This document shows, piece by piece, positions 22,996 to 36,183 of a stretch of 64,000 nucleotides of DNA. How positions within the stretch are numbered: the first letter of the stretch is position 1; every line of letters starts with the position of its first letter. This DNA comes from Callorhinchus milii (Eukaryota): the NCBI RefSeq assembly GCF_018977255.1, contig NW_024704743.1, positions 83,516,001 to 83,580,000 on the forward strand, written 5' to 3'. The position numbers and the translations under genes are program-made. A model generated the notes under the pieces. The model worked only from the letters and a program-made list of their open reading frames with translations. It was not told the DNA's origin and did not search any database.

Positions 22996-24580
22996 GAGTA
23001 TATGGGAAATCCAGAGTGTCCCCATGAATTTGCTCCTGATGCTTACCACCCCGTGCAGCCACATCAAATGTAAAGATTATTATTATTAAATTCAGATTAA
23101 TTAACCACTTATTTTATTGATGTTGCCTGTGAGATGTTGCTGGTTTAGATTAACTGCAGTGTTTGCCTATATAATAACATTCACTTTTATTTGTAAAAAA
23201 AACCTTACTTCCTAAAGTGCTTCAAGATGTTTCTTTTACATGAAAAGCATAACATAAATGGAAGTTCTTGCTGTTGAGCTGTACTGCAGTCTAATTCAAT
23301 GTTCAGTTTTATTTATTTCCTGAGCAAAGAACAAGATAGACTTGTTGTTTCCCCCTCCAAGCCTTATGGCCACAACAAAGTGGTTTGGGAGGACTATCTT
23401 CTCTTTACAAGAGAAGTTAAACAAGTTCTGCCGCCAATTTATTTAAATAGTGGATTTAGTTAATAACAGCTTTTTTCATTGTTTAATAGTCATTTTAGCT
23501 GAAATAATTGTGGAGGAGAGCATGGTAAATTATTGCCTACCTCTGGGTTAAGAAAGAGGACCAGCCCTTTTCTGCAACTCTCCTCAAGCATTAAGCNAAA
23601 AAAACCTGTAGATGGAGCCTATCGGGCAATCATTAGAAAATTGGCACTAGAATAGACTGTTTGACTTCCTGAGCCCCTCCGTCCACAGACCACACAAAAT
23701 GTACCATTTCATGAATTTCCACCCTAATGATTTCTCTTGGAAAAAACCCAGTACAGACATTGCATGAACTTTGAATTTAATCAAACCCAACCATTCCATC
23801 CCCACTAATTAAATCTGCTCTCCTTCCCTCTGCAGGCAACATTCGCCACGGCTACAAATAAGGCAAAAATAATTGGGGTGAATGCTGCCACCTGTGATGT
23901 GTATTATCACTAGGGTCAATTACTATTGATAAATGTTGTCAAGGAATAACTAATATGGGTATTAGACCCTCCCCACTTCACCTCCTTTCCTTAGATTCAA
24001 CCCTCTCTTTAAAAACATATTTCTTTTACCTTGCTTTAAGTCAACAGCCTCACATCCTTTTGCCTCCTGGCTTGGTCATCTCTTTTGTCTTTTGTGATGT
24101 GCTTTGAGACGTTCAAACTATGTGAAAGGCTCTATATAAGTGCAAGTTATTGTAAACCTGTGGCTTGATGTTAATGTTAGATTAAGTTAGTCCACTTGAA
24201 CATGGATGTGTTCTTCCATCATTATGTATGCTACAATTTCTGACAATTTGTTCTTTCAATGAGGGAGGGGGGAGAAGGAGAAAAGTGGTTCAATAATTAT
24301 AACATGATGGTCTGAGTCCCCAAACTCAAACTCCCATGTCAAAAAAAAATGCAAAAAAAAATGGCTGAGAAAAAATCTTTGACTGCACCATTCGACATCT
24401 TTCCCTTCTCCCATGCCATCAGCTTCCACTCCCAGCTTGGTTACCAAACCATTGTTGTCAAACACATCAGGATGTTGTTCCCGTGTATAGAGCTTTCTGT
24501 GCATAGAGCATTTGAGCAAGGCACAGGATGTGACATTGGAGCACTTCCTGCATATTGGTGTGCATGAGCGACACACAGGA

Positions 24581-24862
24581 AATAATAATAATAATAATCA
24601 TATATAATAATAATAATCCTTGCATTTGATATAGTGCTTTTCACGTCTTCTCGACATCTCAAAGAGCTTCACAGAATAGACTGCAAAGTGAATTGAACAC
24701 AGTCGTGGACTGAAAATGACCAATCTATCATTGTTTTGTTTTTTGGAGGGATTATTATTAGGCGTGTGGAGTAAGGAAACTTGCCCAAGGTTTTGCCCTG
24801 CCTGGAATTGAACCCAGGTGTCTCTCTTGCAAAGCGTGTGCTCTAACCATTGAGCTACAAGG
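24581..24862 (-). mobile_element. Young SINE, short subtype, with internal deletion
   Basis: Head and tail intact; the GCAGCCAATTGCGCACAGCAGTGTCCC block is missing near 24697. Confidence 0.9.
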
Positions 24863-25295
24863 CAACATGATATAAAATGATATAAAGGGCAACCAGTTGA
24901 CCTGGAAACTCGCCTTTTTTTTAACCAAGGAAAGGTGGACAGACACCAGCAGAAGCTAGGTGTTCCACATGTACAGTATATTGCAAGTCCACAGAACATC
25001 AGTGCTACAGTGAACTGGTGCTAATTAGTTATTTTAAAACAATGTAATTTCACTTTAAATTAAAATCCAAATGAAATTTGGAAAAAAAGATTTAATTTCA
25101 TTCTAAATTCTTCCACTGCCAATTTTGTGTAGACTAGTTAAATTGTTAACACTTTACAGAACTTTTACAATTTCATCATCTGCTTGCTGTTTAAGCTTTC
25201 CATAGAGGCCCTGTGCTTATTAATCAGACACATCTGTACAGTTATGATAAATGTGGTTTCACCCCCAATAAAATTTGGAGCACTTTTTAAAAATA

Positions 25296-25551
25296 TTTTT
25301 TTTTATTTGTATAGCACCTTTCATGTCTGGGGGGCATCCCAAGGCACCAGACAGGCAAGGATCCGCACCTGAGCTGGTGGTTGGGATCATGAGGGGTGGA
25401 GGGCAGGAAGTGTTGGGGTAGGAGGGCACCAAAGGCGCTGTCAAAGAGGAGGGTCTTGAGACGGGTCTTGAAGGAGGCAAGGGAGGGGGCGAGGTGGAGC
25501 GACCGTGGAATGGAATTCCAGAGGGTGGGGGCAGAGGGCCTGAAGCCCGCC
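25296..25551 (-). mobile_element. L2 LINE 3' end
   Basis: ORF track SAPTLWNSIPRSLHLAPSLASFKTRLKTLLF; stem-loop remnant. Confidence 0.88.
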
Positions 25552-26534
25552 AAAAAAAAGGATGAGAGAAGAACCTATTGAGATTGGAGCAAAGAGATTC
25601 ATTTTCTTGGTAACGTAGTCTAGAGACACCAAAGTGTCATAACACTCAGACAGATGTCTTATTTTATATTGTGATAATTCCTTTGATGCACTCATTTACA
25701 TAGAGTGTGATCTTTTCTTTGCAAATCCAGTCTATTGTTTTAGTCCTTTAATGTGTTTATATTCAACATATCACAGGGGAAAGACTTTGACAAGTGAAAG
25801 GAGAACTGCAGCTCTGTTTATAGAACTCTCCGGCATATACCTTACAGTATTCTGAATGCCAAAACGCTTAGAAAATTGCTCTACTTGTAAAGGCAGCTCA
25901 TCTGAAAGCACTGCACTCATCCTAATAACTAAATAGTATTCTAAAAGCATTTTTGGAACAAAATCAAATGTAAAATGCTTCTGAAAAGAAAAGTAGACAA
26001 TAGGCTTGCCCATTTTATAGCAGCCTGAGCCCACTGGAAGGTTTGAGGCTAAACAATCCGGAGGATCGCCTTCATCTGAATCTCTCGTGGCTTTTGAACG
26101 TACATATATTTTGAGATTTTTTTTCTTTTTATCAGTTAATTTGTTCTGTGGGGTTTAAAAAAAAATTGGTCATTCCCTCCATGTCTGTTTGTGGGATACT
26201 GCTGCATGCAATTTGGCTGTCGTATTCAGTCACAAAAAACAGTCACACCACTTTACGATATACCTTGTGAAGCACTTTGAGACATTTCAACGACATGATA
26301 AGTCATTATATCCAATGCAAGGATATTTATATTATTAGAGCTCCGCTGCGGAAGGCAACAAAGAATTAAATATATTAAAATTACTTTAAAAAGACTCTGC
26401 ATATCAACTCCACTCATAGTTAATTCAATTAATAGTCCAATAAAGTCATTCAAGAGTAGAGATTGGAAGGGGCAACAGGTTTTATTTTAATGCAATTACC
26501 TTTGTGGGTAAAGACACCACCCAATGAGTCTGGG

Positions 26535-26870
26535 CTGTACAGTCTAGAATGCTGGAGGTTCAAATTCCAATCTATGCTGCAGTTAACTAATGCCAGTCAA
26601 GCTGGTATGTACAGTGCTACAACTTGTCTCAGTGACCAAAAACCAGATGTGTAAAAAAATAAGCCAAGGTTCCTTTGTTTGTTCACTATCCCACAAACTC
26701 CTTTGGTTGGAAGATGCATGTTGGCAAACTTGGGAAGGACAATATCAGGCTTGGTTTTGATGCCTCCCTTTGATCAAATAATCTGTCAACGAAAGCTCGC
26801 ACATGAATAATAGTTGACTGGGCGAGGTAGTGCAGGGAGAATGGTGTTGTGGAGCTGCAAGATGCCTGAA
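26535..26870 (+). mobile_element. Ancient SINE-like repeat, second family
   Basis: GGTTCAAATTCC B-box-like, TGCTGCAGTTAACTAAT, TGCTACAACTTGTCTCAGTG, AGCCAAGGTTCC, CACATGAATAAT...TGGGCGAGGTA. Confidence 0.6.
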
Positions 26871-27044
26871 AATTCTCATGGTCGAAGCCTTAAGGACAGT
26901 CACTACATTTCACAGTAAAATCCTGTTAAGAGCTTTGAGTTGTCCTTTCCGACGTGATAAAAGTGAAAATGCAAGGATTATTATTATTCAAACAGTGAAA
27001 TAAGTTTCTTTCAGTGTCCTTGTGAACAGACCTCAAGCCTAATT

Positions 27045-27385
27045 GATATTTTTTTGCGAAAATATACATTTATTTACAAATATGATATTTAGTACAACAG
27101 AAATCCCAAACAAACACAACGTACTGTTACAATTTTTCCCTTTCTCCCGACACAAAAAACATTTTGTTGTTTAGGGTACATTCCTTCACCGCAAATAGGT
27201 TGTGCACACACTTTTTGGGATGCACCCTTTAAAACAGTCAGGAGTCACCCCTGTGTACACCACATCCACGTGCATCCCCGCACACCCGTGATAAGGCGCT
27301 CTTGCCACTTTCGAAAGGCAGCCTGATGCGCACCGTAATTGATCATTCTCCTTGAGTCTGTTTCTCAGACCTAGCTGACGCAAAT
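27045..27385 (-). mobile_element. Tx1/L1-clade-like LINE 3' end
   Basis: Minus strand ends AATAAATGTATATTTTCGCAAAAAAA; upstream frame MINYGAHQAAFRKWQ resembles Tx1 ORF2 C-termini (from memory); second copy at 29931..30133. Confidence 0.55.
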
Positions 27386-28847
27386 GGCTGCATTTGCTTA
27401 TAAAAATAGTCACTACAACTTACAGGAAATTTTTGTAATTATTTGTGAAGAGCTTTGAGATGTTTCAACAAGATAATATGCTGTAAGAATGCAAATTCTA
27501 CAAAATGCAAGTTCCATCTAGTAACATAAAACCACAAATTCCCAGAATCATCCTTGTCACTTTTCTCAAAACCCACTTCCTCATTGAATACCCTTTCAGT
27601 GTGCCAGACTCTGTCTTTCACTACTGGAAGGGGGTGAGAGCCAGCTCACATTTCCTACTCCGGTGAAATAATTCCACTCATGACTATAATAATGCCTTTA
27701 GATCTTTGTTCCTCACTGGTTATTAGGTCTTCCTCATTCATAGATAAATTATGCACGCCACAGTTTCACACTAAGTATCCTCTATAGACTTGACCCGTAT
27801 AAATATTTTAAAGTAAATAATTATTCACATCCATTTTATAATGCAGATGAATTGGCTCCAAATCAAAAAAATAATAACTATTAAATCATGCACCGATTGC
27901 AGGTTCTCAGATGAGATTTAGATCCACTTATTTCTTGACTCTTTTTTGAACTCTGAAGATGGTTTAGTCACAGAATATTAATACCACAGTGCTCTTTGAA
28001 CTGAAGAAACTGGAGAAGCATTAGTGAAATGCAATCCCCCTGACTCCTGGCTTCCCTTGCAATGTAATATGGACACTCGCTGTGATGTGAATGTACACGC
28101 TTTTCTGGAAGGATAACTGCTGAATCACCAGAATCCGCTCTTTATAAATTAAACAATCAAGTGCATTCTAAAATGTGTGCACAACCTATGCGTATTAGGG
28201 TACGGGAGTGCGCTAACAGCTCATGTCAACAGAAAAAGTACTGGCCAATCCCCAACTAAACCCCCCTCCCCCTCCCCATTCTGTGGTCCCCTGTGGAGTA
28301 AAATGAAAACAACATGTATCTAACATCAAGGTTGTGACATGGAGGCTATAATCTAATCTCAGGGTTCAGATGCCCTATATCTGTCACACAAACAAAAGCA
28401 CTCATATGTTTAGGAAGTTGGGCTGTAACAATGTGGTAAGATTGATCTTCACTCATGTTCCAATATAATACTGCAAGTTCCAGGAGGGAACAGCCTGTTC
28501 TGTGTGACTGGAATTTGAGAGAGGGACCACATCCCGCCAGTACATCATGGGCAATTTTCATGGGTATCTGAACCCCATTTTCTTTCCTCTTCCAATGAAA
28601 GAAGAACAATTTACACAGGGCCTTTCAAGATGGGACTGGTTGGGAGCCCAAGTTGTGGGGGAGGGGGAGGGAGCTGAGGAAGGGGAAGGGGGAACTACAA
28701 AAGAAACATAGTGCAGCAAAAATTTCACAGAAAGTTGTCCTTCTGTGAGACTATGAGGCCTCAGAAATCCAGGTTGGCCTATCTGGAAGACTAGTCAGAG
28801 TGCATTCTCTATGAATTTTACTTTCCTTCTTGTGTGGAACCATCTCA

Positions 28848-29059
28848 GGGCTTAAAATTCTTTACGGTTTTAGCCATTACTGTCTTAAATTTTAAGGTTA
28901 TGCAGATGTTTGGAATATTCTTAAACCCCTCTTAATTTGGAAAACGGTTCCCCATAGCACCCACGAAGAATTGGGAGAAGACTGGCTTCCAACGTAAGTC
29001 TGGATTTGATAATATTGTTCACTATTTGAAATTTTAAGACCATGGTGAATTTTGGGGCC
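28848..29059. mobile_element. Palindromic MITE-like element
   Basis: GGGCTTAAAATTC / GAATTTTGGGGCC termini, TCTTAAATTTTAA / TTGAAATTTTAAGA inner arms, core CTTAATTTGGAAAAC...GGCTTCCAA. Confidence 0.6.
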
Positions 29060-29874
29060 TCTGCCCATAACAGCACAGTGAGACAGGAGAATGGATTCCT
29101 TATCATTGTATTAAATATACACAACTCCAGCACCCTAAAACACCCAACCCTGTCATATTTAAAGATCTCATGCACTGTCCTGGCAAACAATCCCACAAAT
29201 AAAATTGGCCATTCACTTCATGGCTTTTTGTTGTCTGCTGCGTTTTGTCCACAAAACACACAGTCACTACACTTTACAGTATATCTTATGAAGCACTTTG
29301 GACATCCTCCCAATGTGAAAAGTGATTAACTAAGTGCAAGGATTCTTCTTATATTTACATCTGACCAGCAATGCATCACCACAGCAATGGTTGACAACGG
29401 TATACTATAATCAAGAAACCCTCATATCTAAACATACACCATTGTGTGCTACGTTGACAGGATAAGCTGCATTATCTCAGTCAACATCAAATGACTGAAT
29501 GTTTGCAATTTATACAGATGAGCAGAAGGCAAATTCAGTAGAGAATTGTTTAGTCTGATAAAAACAACCTCTTCTTCTGTATCTTTCTGCTTCCACACAA
29601 ACAGAATACAACCACTTGCATATAAGATTTTTATCTTATACGCATCACATAGGATGAGCATCTCAAAGCACTTCAGAGAGATGATAGGAAGCAGCAATCA
29701 TGAAAAAGTTTAAACAAAGACATGGTCATAGAAGTGGGTTTTTAAAAGGGTTTTGAGAAGGAGGAAGATAATGATGTTTTAATTATTATCTACTTAATCT
29801 TTAAACAGAAGTAAAAAAAATTAAGATGAAAGTTTAGCTTTATTGCCTTAACTGCTTAGGCGCAGATAATTAGG

Positions 29875-30290
29875 CTCCTCCAATGGCTGAGTAGATAATA
29901 ACAGCACTCGGTGCAGTTCTAAGGTTACAGAGCGCCTCCCCACAGTGTTCAAGGGAATGATCCAAAAAACGTGTGCACAACCTATGTGTGGTGAAGGAAT
30001 GCACCATAAATAACGGAATGTTTTTTGTATCGGGAGAAAAGGAAAAATTTGTAACAGAAGATGCTGTGTTTGTTTTGGATTTCTATTGTACTAAATATTA
30101 TATCTATAAATAAATATTTTCAAACATAAAGGGCTAAGGTTACAGTCCGAATCACGGTTTGGCTTAAACTATCTGAAGTCTGGGTGCTGTAATTGGTCTC
30201 AATACCCAATGGTAGGGAAGGTGAAATCAGCCAAGGTTCCCGCTCCTAAATGTGAAAGGTATTCTTATGGTTGAATAGTTTATTAACAGC
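29875..30290 (+). mobile_element. Ancient SINE-like repeat (second family), host of the Tx1-like insertion
   Basis: TGGCTGAGTAG head before the insert; TGCTGTAATTGGTCTCAAT...AAATCAGCCAAGGTTCCCGCTCCT after it. Confidence 0.55.
29931..30133 (+). mobile_element. 5'-truncated Tx1/L1-like retroposon 3' end with 12-bp TSD
   Basis: Perfect direct repeat CTAAGGTTACAG at 29919..29930 and 30134..30145; body is an inverted homologue of about 27050..27225 and ends AATAAATATTTTCAAACATAAA. Confidence 0.75.
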
Positions 30291-30525
30291 CCTTTTTCAG
30301 ATGAAACGTTAAACCGAGGTACCGTCTGCTGTTCAGGGGATGTTAAAGATCCCATGACACTATTCAAAAAGAGAAGGGAGTTTCTCCTAGTGTCCTGACC
30401 AACAATCCCCCAAATAAAATTGGTCATCCACTGCATGGTGGTTTGTGGGTATTGCTTGTGCAAATCGGTTGCCGCATTCGCCTACAAAATGCAAAGTAAA
30501 TCCAATGAAGTGTATTGAGACACCA
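30290..30525 (+). mobile_element. Deu-domain SINE core
   Basis: CAGATGAAACGTTAAACCGAGGTACCGTCTGC...GTTAAAGATCCCATGACACTATTC, a well-preserved Deu domain. Confidence 0.85.
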
Positions 30526-32132
30526 TTGTATAGATACATTTACGACGATGCTAGATACTCTGTGGAGGTCTTGGTAGTCTGGTTCCTGAACCAGGTAGAT
30601 CCACAGTATTCCAGGGCACTGCTGATGAATTCACCACCAGGCTGGCTCATTGGCAGGACCTGGAAGGGCAGACCAGTTACTGGGGGCAGGGAGCCATCCC
30701 ACTCAGCTTCTGTTAACCTTGCAAGCCAAAGTCCTCACAGGTAGGGTGGTCTTAGTTGGACAAGCAGAGGGAAAGCTTGCTGGACAGCAATTTCAATGGC
30801 AAACTATGCAAGTTTAGCTTGTTAGACTCCAGCAATACCCCAACACACACTCTGGGATCCCCAAACCTTGGCTCTTGTCAACCTGTGCCTATTACTTACT
30901 GGAATTAGATAAGCAGGATGCAACCCTCCAGGGTGAGAATGTGCATTCCAGTCCAACAATGCATCTCTGAGATTTCCATGTGTAGGTGGGATGCATGGAA
31001 ATCTCAGCTTGGCATGAATATTCTTAAGCATGGTGATGGGTTTCCACAAGTGTCAGACCAAACAAAAAAAAAGTGAGGGAAAAGAGTATTGGAGGGGATA
31101 AGGAGTGGATAGAAATTCATGTGGAGTATCAACACTGGCACTGAAAAGTTGCACCAGTGTTCATACTTCACGTAAGTCTTCATCCATTGTTTTTGTGCTG
31201 TACATTCTATGTAAATCTATTGCGATGTCCTCCTTACGTGAAAGGCACTATATCAAATGGAAGGATTGTTATTATTGTCGTAGCTCACCCATGAATATTA
31301 AATGCATAAATTAGGTATTATGGGGTGCCTATGGTCCATGGAACCAAACCCCAGATGAAGGAAAAAGGAGCCAAAAGTTTTCGGGAGAGGAAGATCAGAG
31401 AACATTGGAGAGAAAACATTGCAGCAAAGACTTTAAGCACTTGTAGATTACATTAGCTTATGAACTAAATGGACTAAAGGCTGATTTAGTTTGCTAAATG
31501 AAACTCAATCAGCCTTTGTTAGCTTCTCCAACGAGATGAAAACTGTAACATTTCATTACAGATTTAATGACTAGCAAATGCATTATCAACTTTGTTATGA
31601 AAAGCATTTGTTTACTTTCTTATTTTGATTTTTTTTCCCCTCAACCCCTGACCATAGGGCTAGAGTTGAAAAATGAACTCATTGGCTGAACTGGTTGAAT
31701 TTGTGCAACTTTCCCTCTGAAGTTTCTGTGGGGAAAGCTCGACCTCCAGAGAGAGAGAGAATGATACATGAAGTACACGGTGACCAAAAAGTCATAAAGC
31801 TACCTTATCATCTAAAAACAATCATATTTCTTTAAGATTTATTAGACATTGTAATAGTACCACAATTTTTTGGTAACCCTGTAGAAACTCACAGTGCAGC
31901 TCACTGCAGACAACAAGGATCTATCTGCACTATTATGCTATGTTACTGCCAACAATCACACATATTGGCTGAAACAATCGTGGAAAATTATTTTCAGGTA
32001 TGCACATCTCCCTCCTGGGATTTTGTACTTGAACCAAAAGGATGCATCAGATGAATCGGCAAAACTGGATATTAAATGCATACTTATATCACAGAATACC
32101 ATCAACTGATTTTCATGTTTTACAAAGGCTAA

Positions 32133-32455
32133 AAAACAACAAATAACATTTGTATAGCACTTTTCATGTTGGGAGGACGTCTCAAGACACTGGACAGAAA
32201 AGGATATGCACCTCAGCTGGGGGTTGGGATCACGAGGGATGGAGGGCAGGAAGGGTAGGGTTCGGAGGATGACCAAAGACGCAGTTGAAGGGGAGGGTCT
32301 TGAGACAGGCCTTGAAGGAGGCAAGGGAGGGAGGGAGGCAAAGGGAATGTGGGATGGAGGGTGGGGGCAGAAAGGTTGAAGGTTCAACTGCCGATGGTGG
32401 ACGGGCAGGACGGGGGACATGGAGCAGACCAGAGTCTGCTGAGCGGAGGGAGCAA
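32133..32455 (-). mobile_element. L2 LINE 3' end
   Basis: ORF track SLRSADSGLLHVPRPARP...SLASFKACLKTLPF; stem-loop and TTG tail remnant. Confidence 0.88.
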
Positions 32456-32824
32456 ATACTCATGCAATTTTGTTGTGTTGGTAAACATACTATGAGCAAT
32501 ATAAGTGGACTATGTTATTATGCCTGTACAGGGTTAGCTATTCCCAGGCAATTCAGTTGGCTTTAGAGGCCCTGAGCTAGGCAATGAAAGGGTTCTCATG
32601 CCTGAACTCTACCCAGTGAGCCCTATTGGAAGTGTTTGTGTGTGGACATTGGGCAAGGATTATATTGCACTCAACTTTGACACTGGTGATTTCTGGGAGC
32701 AATGGGGTAGCAATGGACAAATCAGATATTTCCCATAACCTAATGAATATACCACTGAGCAAGTGATTGGGATTTCTGAGTTTAAAATCTGCAAGCAATG
32801 TTTTAGTGTGTATTTAAATCATAC

Positions 32825-33340
32825 AGGTTGAAAGGTTTGATCTCTGATCTGCGCTGGGTTAGCTAATCTCATCTGGTGGCAGAAGTTAAATTGTTAAATT
32901 AGACTCAGCACCCTGAGTTAAGGAGGAGAAGCTCATCCAGGGTTCCCACTTCTACAGATCATGCTCCAGAGAACGCTTCTGAAAGGTTATGTGTTGGAAG
33001 GGGGATGTTGGTGAATAGCAGGATCAGGTTCAGCTGAAGAATGCCTTTCAGCCCATTTGATCTCATCCTTCTAGAATACCCACCCTAACTTCCTCCCATC
33101 ACAGCATCAAACCTTTTATTAAATAAGTCCAGTATCCTTCCTGGTAACCCATTCCAGTCATTAATTATCCTCTGTGTAAAAAAAATACTTCCTAGTGCTG
33201 GTCTTGAAATTGCCCTTTGTAGGTCTGTGCCCGAACCAGTGCCTTTTTGTTTGAATAGCTTCCCAACACATATTGTCAAGACTCACATGTGAATCATAGC
33301 TATTTGCATAACGCCTGGAGCCTGTGGAACTGTATCCAGT
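32825..33340 (+). mobile_element. Ancient SINE-like repeat (second family) split by a minus-strand CR1 3' end (about 33040..33250)
   Basis: GCGCTGGGTTAGCTAATCTCA...CCAGGGTTCCCACT...CAGGATCAGGTTCAGCTG, then CR1 (ORF track FFTQRIINDWNGLP), then it resumes at GACTCACATGTGAA. Confidence 0.65.
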
Positions 33341-36183
33341 TGAAGGATAAAGGAGTCAAATGCTTTCAGCAAAGGTAAAAGAAGGGGTGGAAGATGAGAA
33401 AAATAAGATTCATTACTGTAGCAGGAGTATCCAATTCAGTATGTATTACAGGAGGTTTAATGACCTCGGGCTCCAGTTCAATTTTTTTTTAAAAATTACA
33501 ATTTATTTCTTGAGTGCCAATGGTTTTGAAATGTGCAATTATTTTTTTTTCGAAATACTGTACATAGAAGGTCTAGATTGCTGCACAGCTCGGAAATAAC
33601 TCCCAGATCCCTGATACCGCAGTTTTAAGATCCTGGCAATTCCATAGCAAGAGGCAAAGCGAGCCACTTTGATCGGGAATAAAAAGAAATTGCATACACT
33701 GTGAATGCTGAAAATAGAAAATGAAGTGGTGAAATATTCATTGCAGCTTGAGTAAAAATTCTCACGCTCCCAGAAAAGTGTGGTCCAAAATAGTCTTTAA
33801 ATGTCAATTGAATTTGGAGATATTCCACCCACCCACCCACCCCCCTACTCCCCTCCACCATGACTTCAGCACAATCATTTGATCCAATTCCCATTACTGT
33901 CGCTCCTGAAGAATATTGTCTTAACTCCTTAGGCCAGGTTTCATGTGGTGGTAAAAAGATTTGTTTTTGCCCAAACCATTGTGCAAATGTTAGGGTGGGG
34001 GAGGTACGGGGGAATGTGTTTGCACTCCAAAACCAGGTGATAATGAAATTGTTTTGGACCATTTTGTAATTTCACCGATGTAACAATTATCACATTGCAT
34101 ATTGCACTTTCACTTCAAAGCTAGAAGTGGTGGAAATCCACAGCAGACAAATCAAGAAAAAGAAAAATAGGCAAATAGTATCATGTTCGACCCTTCATCA
34201 ATTCAAGTTGAATTGTTGAATAAATGTAAAAGCTATTTTCTTAAACATCATCAATTTATATCATTTTTCATTGCAGTGTAACCTTTCATGTGATTCCATT
34301 TCCTATCCTATTACCGTGTGCGCAATTGGCTACTGCATTTCGCCCACAAAATATACAGTCAATTCACGTTACAGTATATTCTGTGAAGTGATTTGAGACA
34401 TCTCGAAGATGTGTTAAGGCACTATATCAAGATGCAAGGATTATTATTATTATTATGTTTGGGCACTAATATGTTGCACCCCTGAGGCTCCCCCAGTGTT
34501 TTAGCCAACAATTCTCCAGATAAATAAATTGATCACTCACATCATGGCCTTTCGGGGGATCATTTTACAGTGAGTCATGTGAAGCACTTTGAGATGGACT
34601 CCTGATATGAAGAATGCAATATCTAATGCAAGGATTATTTATTTATCTATCATGTTCCATGCGAAAGAGTTGCCGCATCAAGTAAAACAGTTGTTACACT
34701 TGGTAGTTGTTAAAGTAAAGCACTTTGAGATCTCTCAACATGAAAAGGCACAATAAAGATGTACCTTTTTCTTTCATCCACAGCAAAGAAAGCTGTCTAT
34801 ATCTGAAACAAATTCTCCTTTAAGAACATCAGCAAAACCCATGATACTGAAATCATATGATGCTCAGACTATTAGAATGCAAATTAAAAGGGTCTAAAAA
34901 TAGTTGATAAACAGAGGAGTGAAGGAGTTTTATTGCATACGAGCAAATACAGGATGAATCAAAAGTCCTTACTCATAAGTCTACATGAAATGGGCAAACT
35001 GCATACCATGTACCTGTTAACATGTATCAACTCGGTAACAAAAACTTTCACGAATACAATGAAAGATATCTCCTGTAATAGCTGCACTCTCTGCGAATAT
35101 TGTCTTAAAAAAACATAATTATTAATTAAAAACTTTTGATTTACCCTGTATAATCTTATTTGTGGTTGGATAATAGGATTTTATATGCACATTGTTTACA
35201 ATCACCAGTAATTCAATGCATTCTGACTTTCAGTAAATTCTCCCTTGATGATCATTTATAAATATTGATGATGGAGCGAGAAATGTGGGGCACTGTTTAT
35301 CCAAACAGTCTGGGGGGAAAACCCTCTTTGGAATTAAATAAGTGAATACATTCCGACAGTTGATCACACTGTGCATTAATTCTGGTTTCATTCTGATTGA
35401 AAAGTATGAATAGCCCAGAAACCTGCCAATAGAATGAGGAAATGACTACATGCTCAAGGCATGCTGCAATGTTCAATCAGTCCAGTAAACCAGATAATTT
35501 GGGTCAATGTATTTTTCTTAGCAAGATATTGTAATGTTAGAAAGAAACACACGATATTCCTTTTGGCACATCATGCCCAATTGACCAGCCCATTTATAGC
35601 ATTAATGTGGCTTTATAATGGTTATGTTTATAGTGCGCTTTGTGTGATGAATTGCAATGATTCTGGCGACACTTCTCTGTCAAACATAAATCATAAATCT
35701 GGACTGAACCATCGCAAAGCCTTTCTCCTCAAAGCAATTCAAGGAAATGGTTTCAGGTGCAGTGTGATTTTCTCTGCAGGAATACAAATACAAAGGGTCT
35801 GAATTAAATTTGGTTGCACTACTCCAATGCTTCTTAGAAGCTCTTGTGTAGTCCAATGGGTGGTATTCGAGTTAACCTTGTTTTATGCCACTTAAATAAA
35901 ACTCCTTCTACTCTCCCCCAACAATAGGGAGGAATCAGTGGTTGATGTACCTTAATCTCAACCTCAGAAGAACAATGCGACAGTGTAATATTTCCAATTT
36001 TCCACTTATCAACATTTGTAACCAGAATAAATGAGACTGACAATTTAGTACAAAAGAAAGGCCAAATTACATGCAATTCAATGATGTTGACTAACAGCCA
36101 TTGGGAAATGTATTGAGACCATAGAAAAAGTTTAAGTTAGACTCCAGCAAGTGGAGGCCTTTATCATATCTGGTTTTGAACTA

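Noticed and set aside
23597..23597. Single N next to an A run
   Set aside because: Assembly ambiguity, not a biological feature.
33728..34076. Scattered inverted blocks (GGTGAAAT/ATTTCACC, TGGTCCAAAA/TTTTGGACCA)
   Set aside because: Possibly another eroded MITE, but the matches are too short and unevenly spaced to call.
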